This document shows, one piece after another, positions 1 through 14,225 of a stretch of 45,858 nt of DNA; the first letter of the stretch is position 1, and the number at the start of each line of letters is the position of its first letter. The stretch is taken from contig NC_057754.1 in the NCBI RefSeq assembly GCF_004010195.1, positions 4,120,916-4,166,773 on the forward strand, given 5' to 3'. This DNA comes from Chiloscyllium plagiosum (Eukaryota). A program made the position numbers and the translations under genes. The notes beneath the pieces were generated by a model. It was not told the DNA's origin. It was given only the letters and a program-made list of their open reading frames with translations, and ran no database searches.

Positions 1-3000
1 AAGGGAGTGCCTCACAGTTGGAAGGTCAGTATGGAGGGAGTGCCACACTGTCAGAAGGTTAGTACGGAGGGAGTGCCTCACTGTCGGAAGGTCAGTACTG
101 AGGGAGTGCCACACCTTTCGAATGTCAGTACGGAGGGAGTGCCTCACTGTTGGAAGGTCAGTATGGAGATTCCCCCACTTTTGGAAGGTCAGTACGGAGG
201 GAGTGCCTCACTGTTGGAAGGTCAGTACTGAGGGAGTGCCTCACTGTTGGACGGCCAGTACGGCGGGAGTGCCTCACTGACAGAAGGTCAGTATGGGGTG
301 CGTGCCTCACTGTCGGAAGGTCAGTACTGAGGGAGTGCCTCACCTTTCGAATGTCAGTACGGAGGGAGTGCCTCACTGTTGGAAGGTCAGTACTGAGGGA
401 GTGCCTCACTGTTGGAAGATCAGTAATAAGGGAGTGCCTCACTGTTGGAAGGTCAGTATGGAGGGAGTGCCTCACTGTCAGAAGGTCAGTACGGAGGGAG
501 TGCCTCACTGTCGGAAGGTCAGTCCTGAGGAAGTGCCTCACCTTTCGAATGTCAGTACGGAGGGAGTGCCTCACTGTTGGAAGGTCACTACAGAGGGAGT
601 GCCTCACTGTCGGAAGGTCAGTACGGAGCGAGTGCCTCACTGTCGGAAGGTCAGTACTGAGGGAGTGCCTCACCTTTTGAATGTCAGTACGGAGGGAGTG
701 CCTCACCTTTGGAAGGTCAGTACGGAGGAAATGCCTCACGGTTGGAAGGTCAGTATGGAGATTCCCCCACTTTTGGAAGGTCAATACGGAGGGAGTGTCT
801 CACTGTTGGAAGGTCAGTACTGAGGGAGTGCCTCACTGTTGGACGGCCAGTACGGCGGGAGTGCCTCACTATAGGAAAGTCACTAAGGAGGGATACCCTC
901 ACTATTGGAAGGTCAGTATGGAGAGTCCCTTACTGTTGGAAGGTCAATACAGAGGGAGTACCTCACTATTGGAAAGTCACTAAGGATGGAGACCCTCACT
1001 ACTGGAAGGTCAGTATGGAGAGTCCCTCACTATTGGAAGGTCAGTACAGAGGATGTGCCTCACTATTCGAAGGTCAGTACGGAGGGAATTCCTCACCATT
1101 GGAAATTCAGTACGGATGGAGAGTCTCACTTTTGGAAGGTCAGTGCGGAAGGAGTGCCTCACTATTGGAAGGTCAGTACAAAGGGAGTGCCTCACTGTTG
1201 GAAGGCCACTACGGAAGATGTGCCTCATTGTTGGAATGTGAGTACGGAGGGTGTGCCTCACTGTTGTCAGGTCAGTACGGAGGGTGTGCCTCAATGTCGG
1301 AAGATCAGTACGGAGGGAGTGCCTCACTGTTGGAAGGTCAGTAATGAGGGAGTGCCTCACTGTTGGAAGGTCAGTACGGAGGGAGTGCCTCACTGTCGGA
1401 TGGTCAGTACTGAGGGAGTGCCTCACTGTTGGAAGATCAGTAATAAGGGAGTGCCTCACTGTTGGAAGGTGGAAGGTCAGACCAGAGGGTGTGCCTCAAT
1501 ATTCAAAGGTCAGTACGGAGGGAGACCCTCACCATTGGAAATTCAGTACGGATGGAGTGTCTCACTTTTGGAAGGTCAGTGCGGATGGAGTGCCTCACTG
1601 TTACAAAGTCAGTATGGAGGGTGTGCCTCACTATTGGAAAGTCAGTAAGGAGGGAGGCCCTCACTGTTGGAAGTACAATACGGAGGGAGTGCCTCACTGT
1701 TGGAAGGTCAGTACGGAGGAAGGACCTCACTGTTACAAAGTCAGTACAGAGGGAGTGCCTCACTATTGGAAAGTCAGTACGGAGGGAGGCCCTCATTGTT
1801 GGAAGTACAATACGGAGCGAGTGCCTCACTGTTGGAAGGTCAGTACTGAGGGAGTGCCTCACTGTTGGAAGGTCAGTACGGAGGAAATGCCTCATTGTTA
1901 CAAAGTCAGTACGGAGGGTGTGCCTCACTATTGGAAAGTCAGTACGGAGGGAGGCCCTCACTGTTGGAAGTACAATACGGAGCGAGTGCCTCACTGTTGG
2001 AAGGTCAGTACAGAGTGAGTGCCTCCCTCTTGGAAGGTCAGTACGGAGGGTGTGCATCACTATTGGAAGGAAAGTACGTAGGGAGTGCCTCACTGTTGGA
2101 AGATCAGTACTGAGGGAGTGCCTCACTGTTGGAAGATCACTACGATGGGAATGCCTCACTGTTGGAAGGCCAGTACGGAGGGAGTGCCTCACTGTCGGAA
2201 GGCCAGTATGGAGCGAGTGCCTCACTGTCGGAAGGTCAGTACTGAGGGAGTGCCTCACCTTTTGAATGTCAGTACGGAGGGAGTACCTCACTGATGGAAG
2301 GTCAGCACGGAGGGAGTGCCTCACTGTTGGAATGTCAGTACGGAGGGAGTGCCTCACCTTTGGAAAGTTAGTACAGAGGGAGTGCCTCACCATTGGAAGG
2401 TCAGTACGGAGGGAGTGCCTCACTGTTGGCAGGTCAGTATGGAGGGAGTGCCTCACTGTTGGAAGATCAGTAATAAGGGAGTGCCTCACTGTTGGAAGGT
2501 CAGTATGGAGGGAGTGCCTCACTGACAGAAGGTCAGTATGGAGTGAGTGCCTCACTGTCGGAAGGTCAGTACTGAGGGAGTGCCTCACCTTTCGAATGTC
2601 AGTACGGAGGGAGTGCCTCACTGTTGGAAGGTCAGTACGGAGGGAGTACCTCACTGTTGGAAGATTAGTAATAAGGGAGTGCCTCACTGTTGGAAGGTCA
2701 GTATGGAGGGAGTGCCTCACTGTCGGAAGGTCAGTACTGAGGGAGTGCCTCACCTTTTGATTGTCAGTACGGAGGGAGTACCTCACTGTTGGAAAGTCAG
2801 TACTGAGGGAGTGCCTCACTGTTGGAAGGTCAGTACGGAGGGAGTGCCTCACTGTTGGATGGTCAGTACGGCGGGAGTGCCTCACTATTGCAAAGTCACG
2901 AAGGAGGGAGACCCTCACTATTGGAAGGTCAGTATGGAGAGTCCCTCACTGTTGGAAGGTCAGTACAGAGGGTGTGCCTCACTATTGGAAATTCGGTAGG

Positions 3001-6000
3001 GATGGAATGTCTCACTTTTGGAAGGTCAGTGCGGAAGGAGTGCCTCACTGTTGGACGGTCAGTACGGCGGGAGTGCCTCACTATTGCAAAGTCACGAAGG
3101 AGGGAGACCCTCACTATTGGAAGGTCAGTATGGAGAGTCCCTCACTGTTGGAAGGTCAGTACAGAGGGTGTGCCTCACTATTCAAAGGTCAGTACGGAGG
3201 GAGTCCCTCACCATTGGAAATTCGGTAGGGATGGAATGTCTCACTTTTGGAAGGTCAGTGCGGAAGGAGTGCCTCACTGTTGGAAGGTCAGTACTGAGGG
3301 AGTGCCTCACTATTGGAAAGTCACTAAGGCGGGAGACCCTCACAATTGGAAGGTCAGTACGGAGAGTCCCTCACTGTTGGAAGGTCAATACAGAGGGAGT
3401 ACCTCACTATTGGAAAGTCACTAAGGATGGAGACCCTCACTACTGGAAGGTCAGTACGGAGAGTCCCTCACTATTGGAAGGTCAGTACAGAGGATGTGCC
3501 TCACTATTCGAACGTCAGAACGGGGGGAGTCCCTCACCATTGGAAATTCAGTACGGATGGAGAGTCTCACTTTTGGAAGGTCAGTGCGGAGGGTGTGCCT
3601 CAATGTCGGAAGGTCAGTACGGAGGGAGTGCCTCACTGTTGGAAGGCCACGACAGAAGATGTGCCTCATTGTTGGAATGTGAGTACAGAGGGAGTGCCTC
3701 ACTGTTGTCAGGTCAGTACGGAGGGTGTGCCTCAATGTCGGAAGGTCAGTACGGAGGGAGTGCCTCACTTTCGGATGGTCAGTACTGAGGGAGTGCCTCA
3801 CCTTTGAATGTCAGTACGGCGGGAGTGCCTCACTGTTGTCAGGTCAGTACGGAGGCTGTGCCTCATTGTCGGAAGGTCGGTACGGAGGGAGTGCCTCACT
3901 GTCGGAAGATCAGTACGGAGGGAGTGCCTCACTATTGGAAGGTCATTACTGAGAGTCCCTCCCTGTTGGAAGGTCAGTACGGAGGGAATGCCTCACTGTT
4001 GGAAGATCAGTACTGAGGGAGTGTCTCACTATTGGAAGATCAGTACGGAGGGAGTGCCTCACTGTTGGAAGATCAGTCTTGAGGGACTGCCTCACTGTTG
4101 GAAGATCAGTCCTGAGGGAGTGCCTAACTGTTGGAAGGTCAGGACAGAGCGCGTGCCTCCCTCTTGGAAGGTCAGTATGGAGGGTGTGCATCACTGTTGG
4201 AAGGTAAGTACGTAGGGAGTGCCTCATTGTTGGAAGATCAGTACTGAGGGAGTGCCCCACTGTTGGAAGATCAGTACGGAGGGAATGCCTCACTGTTGGA
4301 AGATTAGTACGGAGGGAATGCCTCACTGTTGGAAGATCAGTACGGCGGGAATGCCTCACTGTTGGAAGGTCAGTACGGAGCGAGTGCCTCCCTCTTGGAA
4401 GGTCTGTACGGAGGGTATGCATCACTATTGGAAGGTAAGTACGTTAGGGAGTGCCTCACTGTTGGAAGATTAGTACTGAGGGAGTGCCTCACTGTTGGAA
4501 GATCAGTACGGAGGGAGTACCTCACTGTTGGAAGATCACTACGAAGGGAATGCCTCACTGTTGGAAGGCCAGTACGGAGGGAGTGCCTCACTGTCGGAAG
4601 GTCAGTACGGAGCGAGTGCCTCACTGTCGGAAGGTCAGTACGGAGGGAGTGCCTCACCTTTGGAAAGTAAGTACAGAGGGAGTGCCTCACTAGTGGAAGG
4701 TCAGTACGGAGGGAGTGCCTCACTGTTGGCAGGTCAGTACGGAGGGAGTGCCTCACTGTTGGAAGGTCAGTACGGAGAGTCCCTCACTGTTGGAAGGTCA
4801 GTACGGACGGAATGCCTCACGGTTGGAAGGTCAGTACGGAGAGTCCCTCACTTTTGGAAGGTCAGTACGGAGGGAGTGCCTCACAGTTGGAAGGTCAGTA
4901 CTGAGGGAGTGCCTCACCTTTGGAAAGTTAGTACTGAGTGAGTGCCTCACTAGTGGAAGGTCAGTACGGAGGGAGTGCCTCACTGTTAGAATGTCAGTAC
5001 GGAGGGAGTGCCTCACCTTTGGAAAGTTAGTACAGAGGGAGTGCCTCACTCGTGGAAGGTCAGTACGGAGGGAGTGCCTCACTGTTGGCAGGTCAGTCCG
5101 GAGGGAGTGCCTCACTGTTGGAAGGTCAGTACGGAGAGTCGCTCACTGTTGGAAGGTCAGTACGGAGGGAATGCCTCACGGTTGGAAGGTCAGTATGGAG
5201 AGTCTCTCACTTTTGGAAGGTCAGTACGGAGGGAGTGCCTCACATTTGGAAGGTCAGTACTGAGGGAGTGCCTCACAGTTGGAAGGTCAGTACTGAGGGA
5301 GTGCCTCACTGTTGGAAGATCAGTAATAAGGGAGTGCCTCACTGTTGGAAGGTCAATATGGAGGGAGTGCCTCACTGTCAGAAGGTCAGTACGGAGTGAG
5401 TGCCTCACTGTCGGAAGGTCAGTACTGAGGGAGTGCCTCACATTTCGAATGTCAGTACGGAGGGAGTGCCTCACTGTTGGAAGATCAGTACTGAGGTAGT
5501 GCCTCACTGTTGGAAGGTCAGTACGGTGGGAGTGCCTCACTGTCGGAAGGTCAGTACTGAGGGAGTGCCTCACCTTTTGAATGTCAGTACGGAGGGAGTC
5601 CCTCACTGTTGGAAGGTCAGTACTGAGGGAGTGCCTCACTGTTGGAAGGTCAGTAATGAGGGAGTGCCTCACTGTTGGATGGTCAGTACTGAGGGAGTGC
5701 CTCACCTTTGAATGTCAGTACGGTGGGAGTGCCTCACTGTTGTCAGGTCAGTACGGAGGATGAGCCTCATTGTCGGAAGGTCAGTACGGAGGGAGTGCCT
5801 CACTGTCGGAAGGTCAGTACAGAGGGAGTGCCTCACAGTTGGAAGATCAGTACGGAGGAAATGCCTCACTGTTGGAAGATCACTACGAAGGGAATGCCTC
5901 ACTGTTGGAAGATAAGTCCTGAGGGAGTGCCCAACTGTTGGAAGGTCAGTACAGAGTGAGTGCCTCACTGTTGGAAGGTCAGTACTGAGGGAGTGCCTCA

Positions 6001-9000
6001 CTGTCGGAAGGTCAGTACTGAGGGAGTGCCTCATCTTTCGAATGTCAGTACGGAGGGAGTGCCTCACTGTTGGAAGGTCAGTACGGAGGGAGTGCCTCAC
6101 TGTCGGAAGGTCAGTACGGAGCGAGTGCCTCACTGTCGGAAGGTCAGTACTGAGGGAGTGCCTCACCTTTTGAATATCAGTTCGGAGGGAGTACCTCACT
6201 GTTGGAAAGTCAGTACGGAGGGAGTGCCTCACTGTTGGAATGTCAGTATGGAGGGAGTGCCTCACCTTTGGAAAGTTAGTACAGAGGGAGTGCCTCACTA
6301 TTGGTAGGTCAGTACGGAGGGAGTGACTCACTGTTGGAAGGTCAGTACGGAGGGAGTGCCTCACTGTTGGAAGGTCAGTACGGAGGAAATGCCTCACGGT
6401 TGGAAGGTCAGTATGGAGAGTCCCCCACTTTTGGAAGGTCAGTACGGAGGGAGTGCCTCACTGTTGGAAGGTCAGTACTGAGGGAGTGCCTCACTGTTGG
6501 ACGGTCAGTACGGCATGAGTGCCTCACTAGTGGAAAGTCACTAAGGAGGGAGACCCTCACTACTGGAAGGTCAGTACGGAGAGTCCCTCACTATTGGAAG
6601 GTCAATACAGAGGGAGTACCTCACTATTGGAAAGTCACTAAGGATGGAGACCCTCACTACTGGAAGGTCAGTACGGAGAGTCCCTCACTATTGAAGGGCA
6701 GTACAGAGGGAGTGCCTCACTATTCGAAGGTCAGTACGGAGGGAATCCCTCACCATTGGAAATTCAGTACGGATGGAGAGTCTCACTTTTGGAAGGTCAG
6801 TGCGGAGGGAGTGCCTCACTGTTGGAAGGTCAGTACGGAGGGAGTGCCTCACGGTTGGAAGGTCAGTATGGAGAGTCCCACACTTTTCGAAGGTCAGTAC
6901 AGAGGGAGTGCCTCACTGTTGAAAGGTCAGTACTGAGGGAGTGCCTCACTGTTGAAAGGTCAGTACTGAGGGAGTGCCTCACTGTTGGAAGATCAGTAAC
7001 AAGGGAGTGCCTCACTGTTGGACGGTCAGTATGGAGGGAGTGCCTCACTGACAGAAGGTCAGTTCGGAGTGAGTGCCTCACTGTCGGAAGGTCAGTACTG
7101 AGGGAGTGCCTCACTGTTGGAAGATCAGTAATAAGGGAGTGCCTCACTGTTGGAAGGTCAGTACTGAGGGAGTGCCTCACTGTCGGATGGTCAGTACTGA
7201 GGGAGTGCCTCACCTTTGAATGTCAGTACGGCGGGAGTGCCTCACTGTTGTCAGGTCACTACGGAGGGTGAGCCTCATTGTCGGAAGGTCAGTACGGAGG
7301 GAGTGCCTCACTGTTGGAAGGTCAGTACGGAGGGAGTGCCTCACTGTTGGAAGGTCTGTACGGAGGGTGTGCCTCACTATTGGAAAGTCATTACTGACAG
7401 TCCCTCCCTGTTGGAAGGTCAGTACGGAGAGAATGCCTCACTGTTGGAAGATCAGTACTGAGGGAGTGCCTCACTGTTGGAAGATCAGTACTGAGGGAGT
7501 GCCCCACTGTTGGAAGGTCAGTACGGAGGAAGTGCCTCACTGTTACAAAGTCAGTACAGAGGGTGTGCCTCACTATTGGAATGTCAGTACGGAGGGAGGC
7601 CCTCACTGTTGGAAGGTCAGTACGGAGGGAGTGCCTCACTGTCGAATGGTCAGTACTGAGGGAGTGCCTCACCTTTGAATGTCAGTACGGCGGGAGTGCC
7701 TCACCGTTGTCAGGTCAGTACGGAGGGTGAGCCTCATTGTCGGAAGGTCAGTACGGAGGGAGTGCCTCACTGTCGGAAGGTCATTACTGAGAGTCCCGCC
7801 CTGTTGGAAGGTCAGTACGGGAGTGCCTCACTATTGGAAGGACATTACTGAGAGTCCCGCCCTGTTGGAAGGTCAGTACGGAGGGAATGCCTCACTGTTG
7901 GAAGGTCAGTACGGAGGGTGTGCATCACTATTGGAAGGTAAGTACGTAGGGAGTGCCTCACTGTTGGAAGATCAGTACTGAGGGAGTGCCTCACTGTTGG
8001 AAGATCAGTATGGAGGGAATGCCTCACTGTTGGAAGTTCAGAACGGAGGGAATGCCTCACTGTTGGAAGATCAATCCTGAGGGAGTGCCTCACTGTTGGA
8101 AGATCACTACGAAGGGAATGCCTCACTGTTGGAAGGCCAGTATGGAGGGAGTGCCTCACTGTCGGAAGTTCAGTACGGAGCGAGTGCCTCACTGTCGGAA
8201 GTTCAGTACGAAGCGAGTGCCTCACTGTCGGAAGGTCAGTACTGAGGGAGTGCCTCACCTTTTGAATGTCAGTACGGAGGGAGTACCTCACTGATGGAAG
8301 GTCAGTACAGAGGGAGTGCCTCACTGTCGGAAGGTCAGTACAGAGGGAGTGACTCACTATTGGAAGGACATTACTGAGAGTCCCTCACTGTTGGAAGATC
8401 AGTACGGAGGGAATGCCTCACTGTTGGAAGATCAGTCCTGAGGGAGTGCCTCACTATTGGAAGATCACTACGAAGGGAATGCTTCACTGTTGGAAGATCA
8501 GTCCTGAGGGAGTGCCTAACTGTTGGAAGGTCAGTTCAGAGTGAGTGCCTCCCTCTTGGAAGGTCAGTACGGAGGGTGTGCATCACTATTGGAAGGTAAG
8601 TACGTAGGGAGTGCCTCACTGTTGGAAGATCAGTACTGAGGGAGTGCCTCACTGTTGGAAGATCAGTAATAAGGGAGTGCCTAACTGTTGGAAGGTCAGT
8701 ATGGAGGGGGTGCCTCACTGACAGAAGGTCAGTACGGAGTGAGTGCCTCACTGTCGGAAGGTCAGTACTGAGGGAGTGCCTCACCTTTGGAAAGTTAGTA
8801 CAGAGGGAGTGCCTCACTATTGGAAGGTCGGTACGGAGAGTCCCTCACTGTTGGAAGGTCAGTACGGAGGAAATGCCTCACGGTTGGAAGGTCAGTATGG
8901 AGAGTCCCCCACTTTTGGAAGGTCAGTACGGATGGAGTGCCTCACTGTCGGAAGGTCAGTACGGATGGAATGCCTCACTGTTGGACGGTCAGTACGGCGG

Positions 9001-12000
9001 GAGTGCCTCACTGTTGGACGGTCAGTACGGCGGGAGTGCCTCACTATTGGAAAGTCACTAAGGTGGGAGACCCTCACTATTGGAAGGTCAGTATGGAGAG
9101 TCCCTCACTGTTGGAAGGTCAGTACAGAGGGTGTGCCTCACTATTCAAAGGTCAGTACGGAGGGAGTCCCTCACCATTGGAAATTCAGTACGGATGGAGT
9201 GTCTCGCTTTTGGAAGGTCAGTGCGGAAGGAGTGCCTCACTATTGGAAGGTCAGTACGGATGGAGTGCCTCACTGTTGGAAGGTTAATACAGAGGGAGTA
9301 CCTCACTATTGGAAAGTCACTAAGGATGGAGACCCTCACTACTGGAAGGTCAGTACGGAGAGTCCCTCACTATTGGAAGGTCAGTACAGAGGATGAGCCT
9401 CACTATTCGAAGGTCAGTACGGACGGAATCCCTCACCATTGGAAATTCAGTACGGATGGAGAGTCTCACTTTTGGAAGGTCGATGCGGAGGGAGTGCCTC
9501 ACTATTGGAAGGTCAGTACAAGGGGAGTGCCTCACTGTTGGAAGGTCAGTACGGAAGTTGTGCCTCTTTGTTGGAATATGAGTACAGAGGGAGTGCCTCA
9601 CTGTTGTCAGTTCAGTACGGAGGGTGTGCCTCAATGTCGGAAGGTCAGTACGGAGCGAGTGCCTCACTGTTGGAAGGTCAGTAATGAGGGAGTGCCTCAC
9701 TGTTGGAAGGTCAGTACTGAGGGAGTGCCTCACCTTTGAATGTCAGTACGGCGGGAGTGCCTCACTGTTGTCAGGTCAGTACAGAGGGTGAGCCTCATTG
9801 TCGGAAGGTCAGTACGGAGGGAGTGCCTCACTATTGGAAGGTCATTACTGAGAGTCCCTCCCTGTTGGAAGGTCAGTATGGAGGGAATGCCTCACTGTTG
9901 GAAGATCAGTACTGAGGGAGTGCCTCACTGTTGGAAGATCAGTACGGAGGGAATGCCTCACTGTTGGAAGATTAGTACGGAGGGAATGCCTCACTGTTGG
10001 ACGGTCAGTACGGAAGGAGTGCCTCACTATTGGAAAGTCACTAAGGTGGGAGACCCTCACTATTGGAAGGTCAGTATGGAGAGTCCCTCACTGTTGGAAG
10101 GTCAGACCAGAGGGTGTGCCTCAATATTCAAAGGTCAGTACGGAGGGAGACCCTCAACATTGGAAATTCAGTACGGATGGAGTGTCTCACTTTTGGAAGG
10201 TCAGTACGGAGGAAATGCCTCATTGTTACAAAGTCAGTACGGAGGGTGTGCCTCACTATTGGAAAGTCAGTACGGAGGGAGGCCCTCATTGTTGGAAGTA
10301 CAATACGGAGGGATTGCCTCATTGTTGGAAGGTCAGTACGGAGGGAGTCCCTCACTGTTGGAAGTACAATACGGAGGGAGTGCCTCATTGTTGGAAGGTC
10401 AGTACGGATGGAGTGCCTCACTATTGGAAGGTCAGTAAGGAGGGAGGCCCTCACTGTTGGAAGTACAATACGGAGGGAGTGCCTCACTGTTGGAAGGTCA
10501 CTACGGATGGAGTGCCTCACTATTGGAAGGTCAGTAAGGAGTGAGTGCCTCATTGTTGGAAGGTCAGTACAGAGGGAATGCCTCACAATTGGAAAGTCAG
10601 TACAGAGGGAGAGCCTCACTGTCGGATGGTCAGTACTGAGGGATTGCCTGAATGTCGGAAGGTCAGTATGGAGGGAATGCCTCACTATTGGAAAGTCAGT
10701 ACGGAGGGAGTACCTCAATGTCGGAAGGTCAGTACAGAGGGAGAACCTCACTGTTGGAAGGCCAGTACGGAAGGTGTGCCTCATTGTTGGAATATGAGTA
10801 CAGAGGGAGTGCCTCACAGTTGTCACGTCAGTATGGAGGGTGTGCCTCAATGTCGGAATGTCAGTACGGAGGGGGTCCATCACGTTTGGAAGTACAATAC
10901 AGAGGGAGTGCCTCACTGTTGGAAGTAAAACATGGAGGGATTGCCTCACTGTTGGAAGGTCAGTACGGAAGGTGTGCCTCACTATTGGAAGGTCAGTACG
11001 GAGGGAGTGCCTCATTGTTGGAGGGTAAGTACGGAGGGAATGCCTCACTATTGGAAGGTCAGTACGGAGGGAGTGCCTCACTGTCGGATGGTCAGTACGG
11101 AGCGATTGCCTCACTGTTGGAAGGTCAGTATGGAGGAAGTGCCTCATTGTTACAAAGTCAGTACGGAGGGTGTGCCTCACTATTGGAAAGTCAGTACGGA
11201 GGGAGTGCCTCACTGTTAGAAGGTCAGTACGGAGGGAGTGCCTCATTGTTGGAAGGTCAGTACAGAGGGAGTGCCTCACTGTTAGAAGGTCAGTATGGAG
11301 GATGTGCCTCACTATTGGAAGGTTAGTACGGAGGGAGTGCCTCAATGTCAGAAAGTCAGTACGGAAGGAGAGCCTCACTGTCGTAAGGTCAGTACTGAGG
11401 GTGTGCCTCACTATTGGAAGGTCAGTACGGAGGGTGTGCCTCACTATTGGAACTACAATACGGAGGGAGTACCTCACTGTTGGAAGGTCAGTACTGAGGG
11501 AGTGCCTAACTGTTGGAATGTCAGTACGGAGGGAGTGCGTCACCTTTGGAAAGTTAGTACAGAGGGAGTGCCTCACTGTCGGAAGGTCAGCAGGGAGGGA
11601 GTGCCTCATTGTCGGAAGGTCAGTAGGGAGGGTGTGCCTCACAATTGGAAGGTCAGTATGGAGGGAGTGCCACACTGTTGAAAAGTCAGGACAGAGGGAG
11701 TGCCTCACTGTTGGAATGCCAGTACGGAGGGAGTGCCTCACTGTTGGAAGGTCAGTACTGAGGGAGTGCCTCACTGTTGGAAGGTCAGTACGGAGGGAGT
11801 CCATCACGTTTGGAAGTACAATACGGAGGGAGTGCCTCATTGTTCGAAGTAAAATACGGAGGGAATGCCTCACTGTTGGAAGGTCAGTTTGGAGGGTGTG
11901 CTTCACTGTTGGAAGGTCAGTACAGCGGGAGTGCCTCACTGTTGGAAGGTCAGTACGGAGAGTCAGTAGGGAGGGAGTGCCTCACTGTTGGAACTACAAT

Positions 12001-14225
12001 ACGGAGGGAGTGCCTCACTATTGGAAGGTCAGTATAGAGGGAGAGCCTCACTGTCGGAAGGTGAGTAAGGAGGGAGTGCCTCACTGTCAGAAGGTCAGTA
12101 CGGAGGGAGTGCCTCACTGTCGGAATGTCAGTACGGAGGAAGTGCCTCACCTTTGGAATGTCAGTACTGAGGGAGTGCCTCACTATTGGAACTACAATAC
12201 GGAGCGAGTGCCTCACTGTTGGAAGGTCAGTACTGAGGGAGTGCCTCACTGTTGGAAGGTCAGTACTGAGGGTGTGCCTCACTGTTGGAAGGTCAGTACG
12301 GAGGGAGTGCCTCACTGTTGGAAGGTCAGTACGGAGGGAATGCCTCATTGTTAGAAAGTCAATACTGAGGGAATGCCTCATTGTTAGAAAGTCAATACTG
12401 AGGGAATGCCTCACTGTTGGAAGGTCAGTACTGAGGGAGTGACTCACTGTTGGAATGTCATTACGGAGAGTATGCCTCACTTTTGGAAGGTCAGTACGGA
12501 GGGAGTGCCTCACTATTGGAAGGTCAGTACGGAGTGTCCCTCCCTGTTGAAAGGTCAGTACGGAGGGAATGCCTCACTGTTGCCAGGTCATTACGGAGGG
12601 AGTGCCTCACTATTGGAAGGTCAGTACTGAGGGAGTTCCTAACTGTTGGAAGGTCAGTAAGGAGGGAGTGCCTCACTGTTGGAAGGTCAGTACGGAGGGA
12701 GTGCCTCACTGTTGGAAGGTCAGTAGGAAGGAGGGAGTCCATCACGTTTGGCAGTACAAGACGGAGGGAGTCCATCACGTTTGGCAGTACAAGACGGAGG
12801 GAGTGCCTCATTGTTGGAAGGTCAGTTTGGAGGGAGTGCCTCACTATTGGAAGGTCAGTACGGAGAGTCAGTAGTGAGGGAGTGCCTCACTATTGGAAGT
12901 ACAATACGGAGGGAGTGCCTCACTGTCGGAAGGTCAGTACAGAGGGAGTGCCTCACTGTCGGATGGTCAGTATTGAGGGAGTGCCTCACTGTCGGATGGT
13001 CAGTATTGAGGGAGTGCCCCACTGTTGGAATGTCAGTACAGAGGGTGTGCCTCACTGTTGGAAGGTCAGTACGGAGGGTGTGCCTCACTGTTGGAAGGTC
13101 AGTACAAAGGGTGTGCTTCACTGTCGGAAGGTCAGTACAAAGGGTGTGCTTCACTGTCGGAAGGTCAGTACGGAGGGAGTGCCTCACTGTTGGAAGGTCA
13201 GTACGGAGGGAGTTCCTCACTGTTGGAAGGTCAGTACGGAGGGAGTGCCTCACTGTCGGAAGGTGAGTACGGAAGGAGTGCTTCACTGTTGGAAGATCAG
13301 TACGGAAGGAGTGCCTCACTGTTGGAAGGTCAGTACAAAGGGTGTGCTTCACTGTCGGAAGGTCAGTACGGCGGGAGTGCCTCACTATTGGGAGTTCATT
13401 ATGGAGGGAGTGCCTCATTGTTGGAAGGTCAGTACGGAGGGAATGCCTCACTATTGGAAAGTCAGTACGGAGGGAGTGCCTCAATGTCGGAAGGTCAGTA
13501 CAGAGGGAGTGCCTCATTGTCGGATGGTCAGTACGGAGGGAGTGTCTCACTATTGGAAGGTCAGTACTGAGGGAGTGCCTCATTGTTGGAAGGTCAGTAC
13601 GGAGGGTGTGCCTCACTGTCGGAATGTCAGTGAGGAGGGAGTGCCACCCCGTTGGAAGGTCAGTAGGAGGGAGTGCCTCACTATTGGAAGGTCAGTACGG
13701 AGGGAGTTCCTCACCTTTGGAATGTCAGTGAGGAGGGAGTGCCACCCCGTTGGAAGGTCAGTAGGAGGGAGTGCCTCACTATTGGAAGGTCAGTACGGAG
13801 GGAGTTCCTCACTGTTGGAAGGTCAGTACGGAGGGAGTGCCTCACTGTCGGAAGGTGAATACGGAAGGAGTGCTTCACTGTCGGAAGATCTGTACGGAGG
13901 GAGTGCCTCACTGTCTGATGGTCAGTACGGAGGGAGTGCCTCACTGTCGGAATGTCAGTAGGGAGGGAGTGCCTCACTGTCGGAAGGTCAGTACGGGGGG
14001 AGTGCCTCATTGTTAGAAAGTCAGTACTGAGGGAATGCCTCACTGTTGGAAGGTCAGTACGGAGGGAGTGCCTCACTGTTGGAAGGTCAGTACGGAGGGA
14101 GTGCCTCACTGTTGGAAGGTCAGTATGGAGGGAGTGCCTTATTGTTAGAAAGTCAGTACTGAGGGAGTGCCTCACTGTTTGAAGGTCAGTATGGAGGGAG
14201 TGTCTCAGTGTTGGAAGGTCAGTAC
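1..14225. repeat. Giant 33-bp minisatellite, consensus about GAGGGAGTGCCTCACTGTTGGAAGGTCAGTACG, roughly 430 units, open at the left window edge
   Basis: Unit repeats continuously; 11-codon periodicity in all frames (EGVPHCWKVST / RECLTVGRSVR / GSASLLEGQYG); occasional 31-bp variants (ggagagtccctcac) shift the frame. Confidence 0.98.

Noticed and set aside
1..14225. Dozens of long ORFs (up to 603 aa) with 11-aa periodicity, including Cys/His-rich EGVPHCWKVST repeats
   Set aside because: A 33-bp unit keeps several frames open on both strands; 31-bp units and scattered stops break every frame; no unique domain or splice structure
1..14225. CRISPR-like array
   Set aside because: Units are contiguous with no unique spacers, there are no cas genes, and the context is vertebrate
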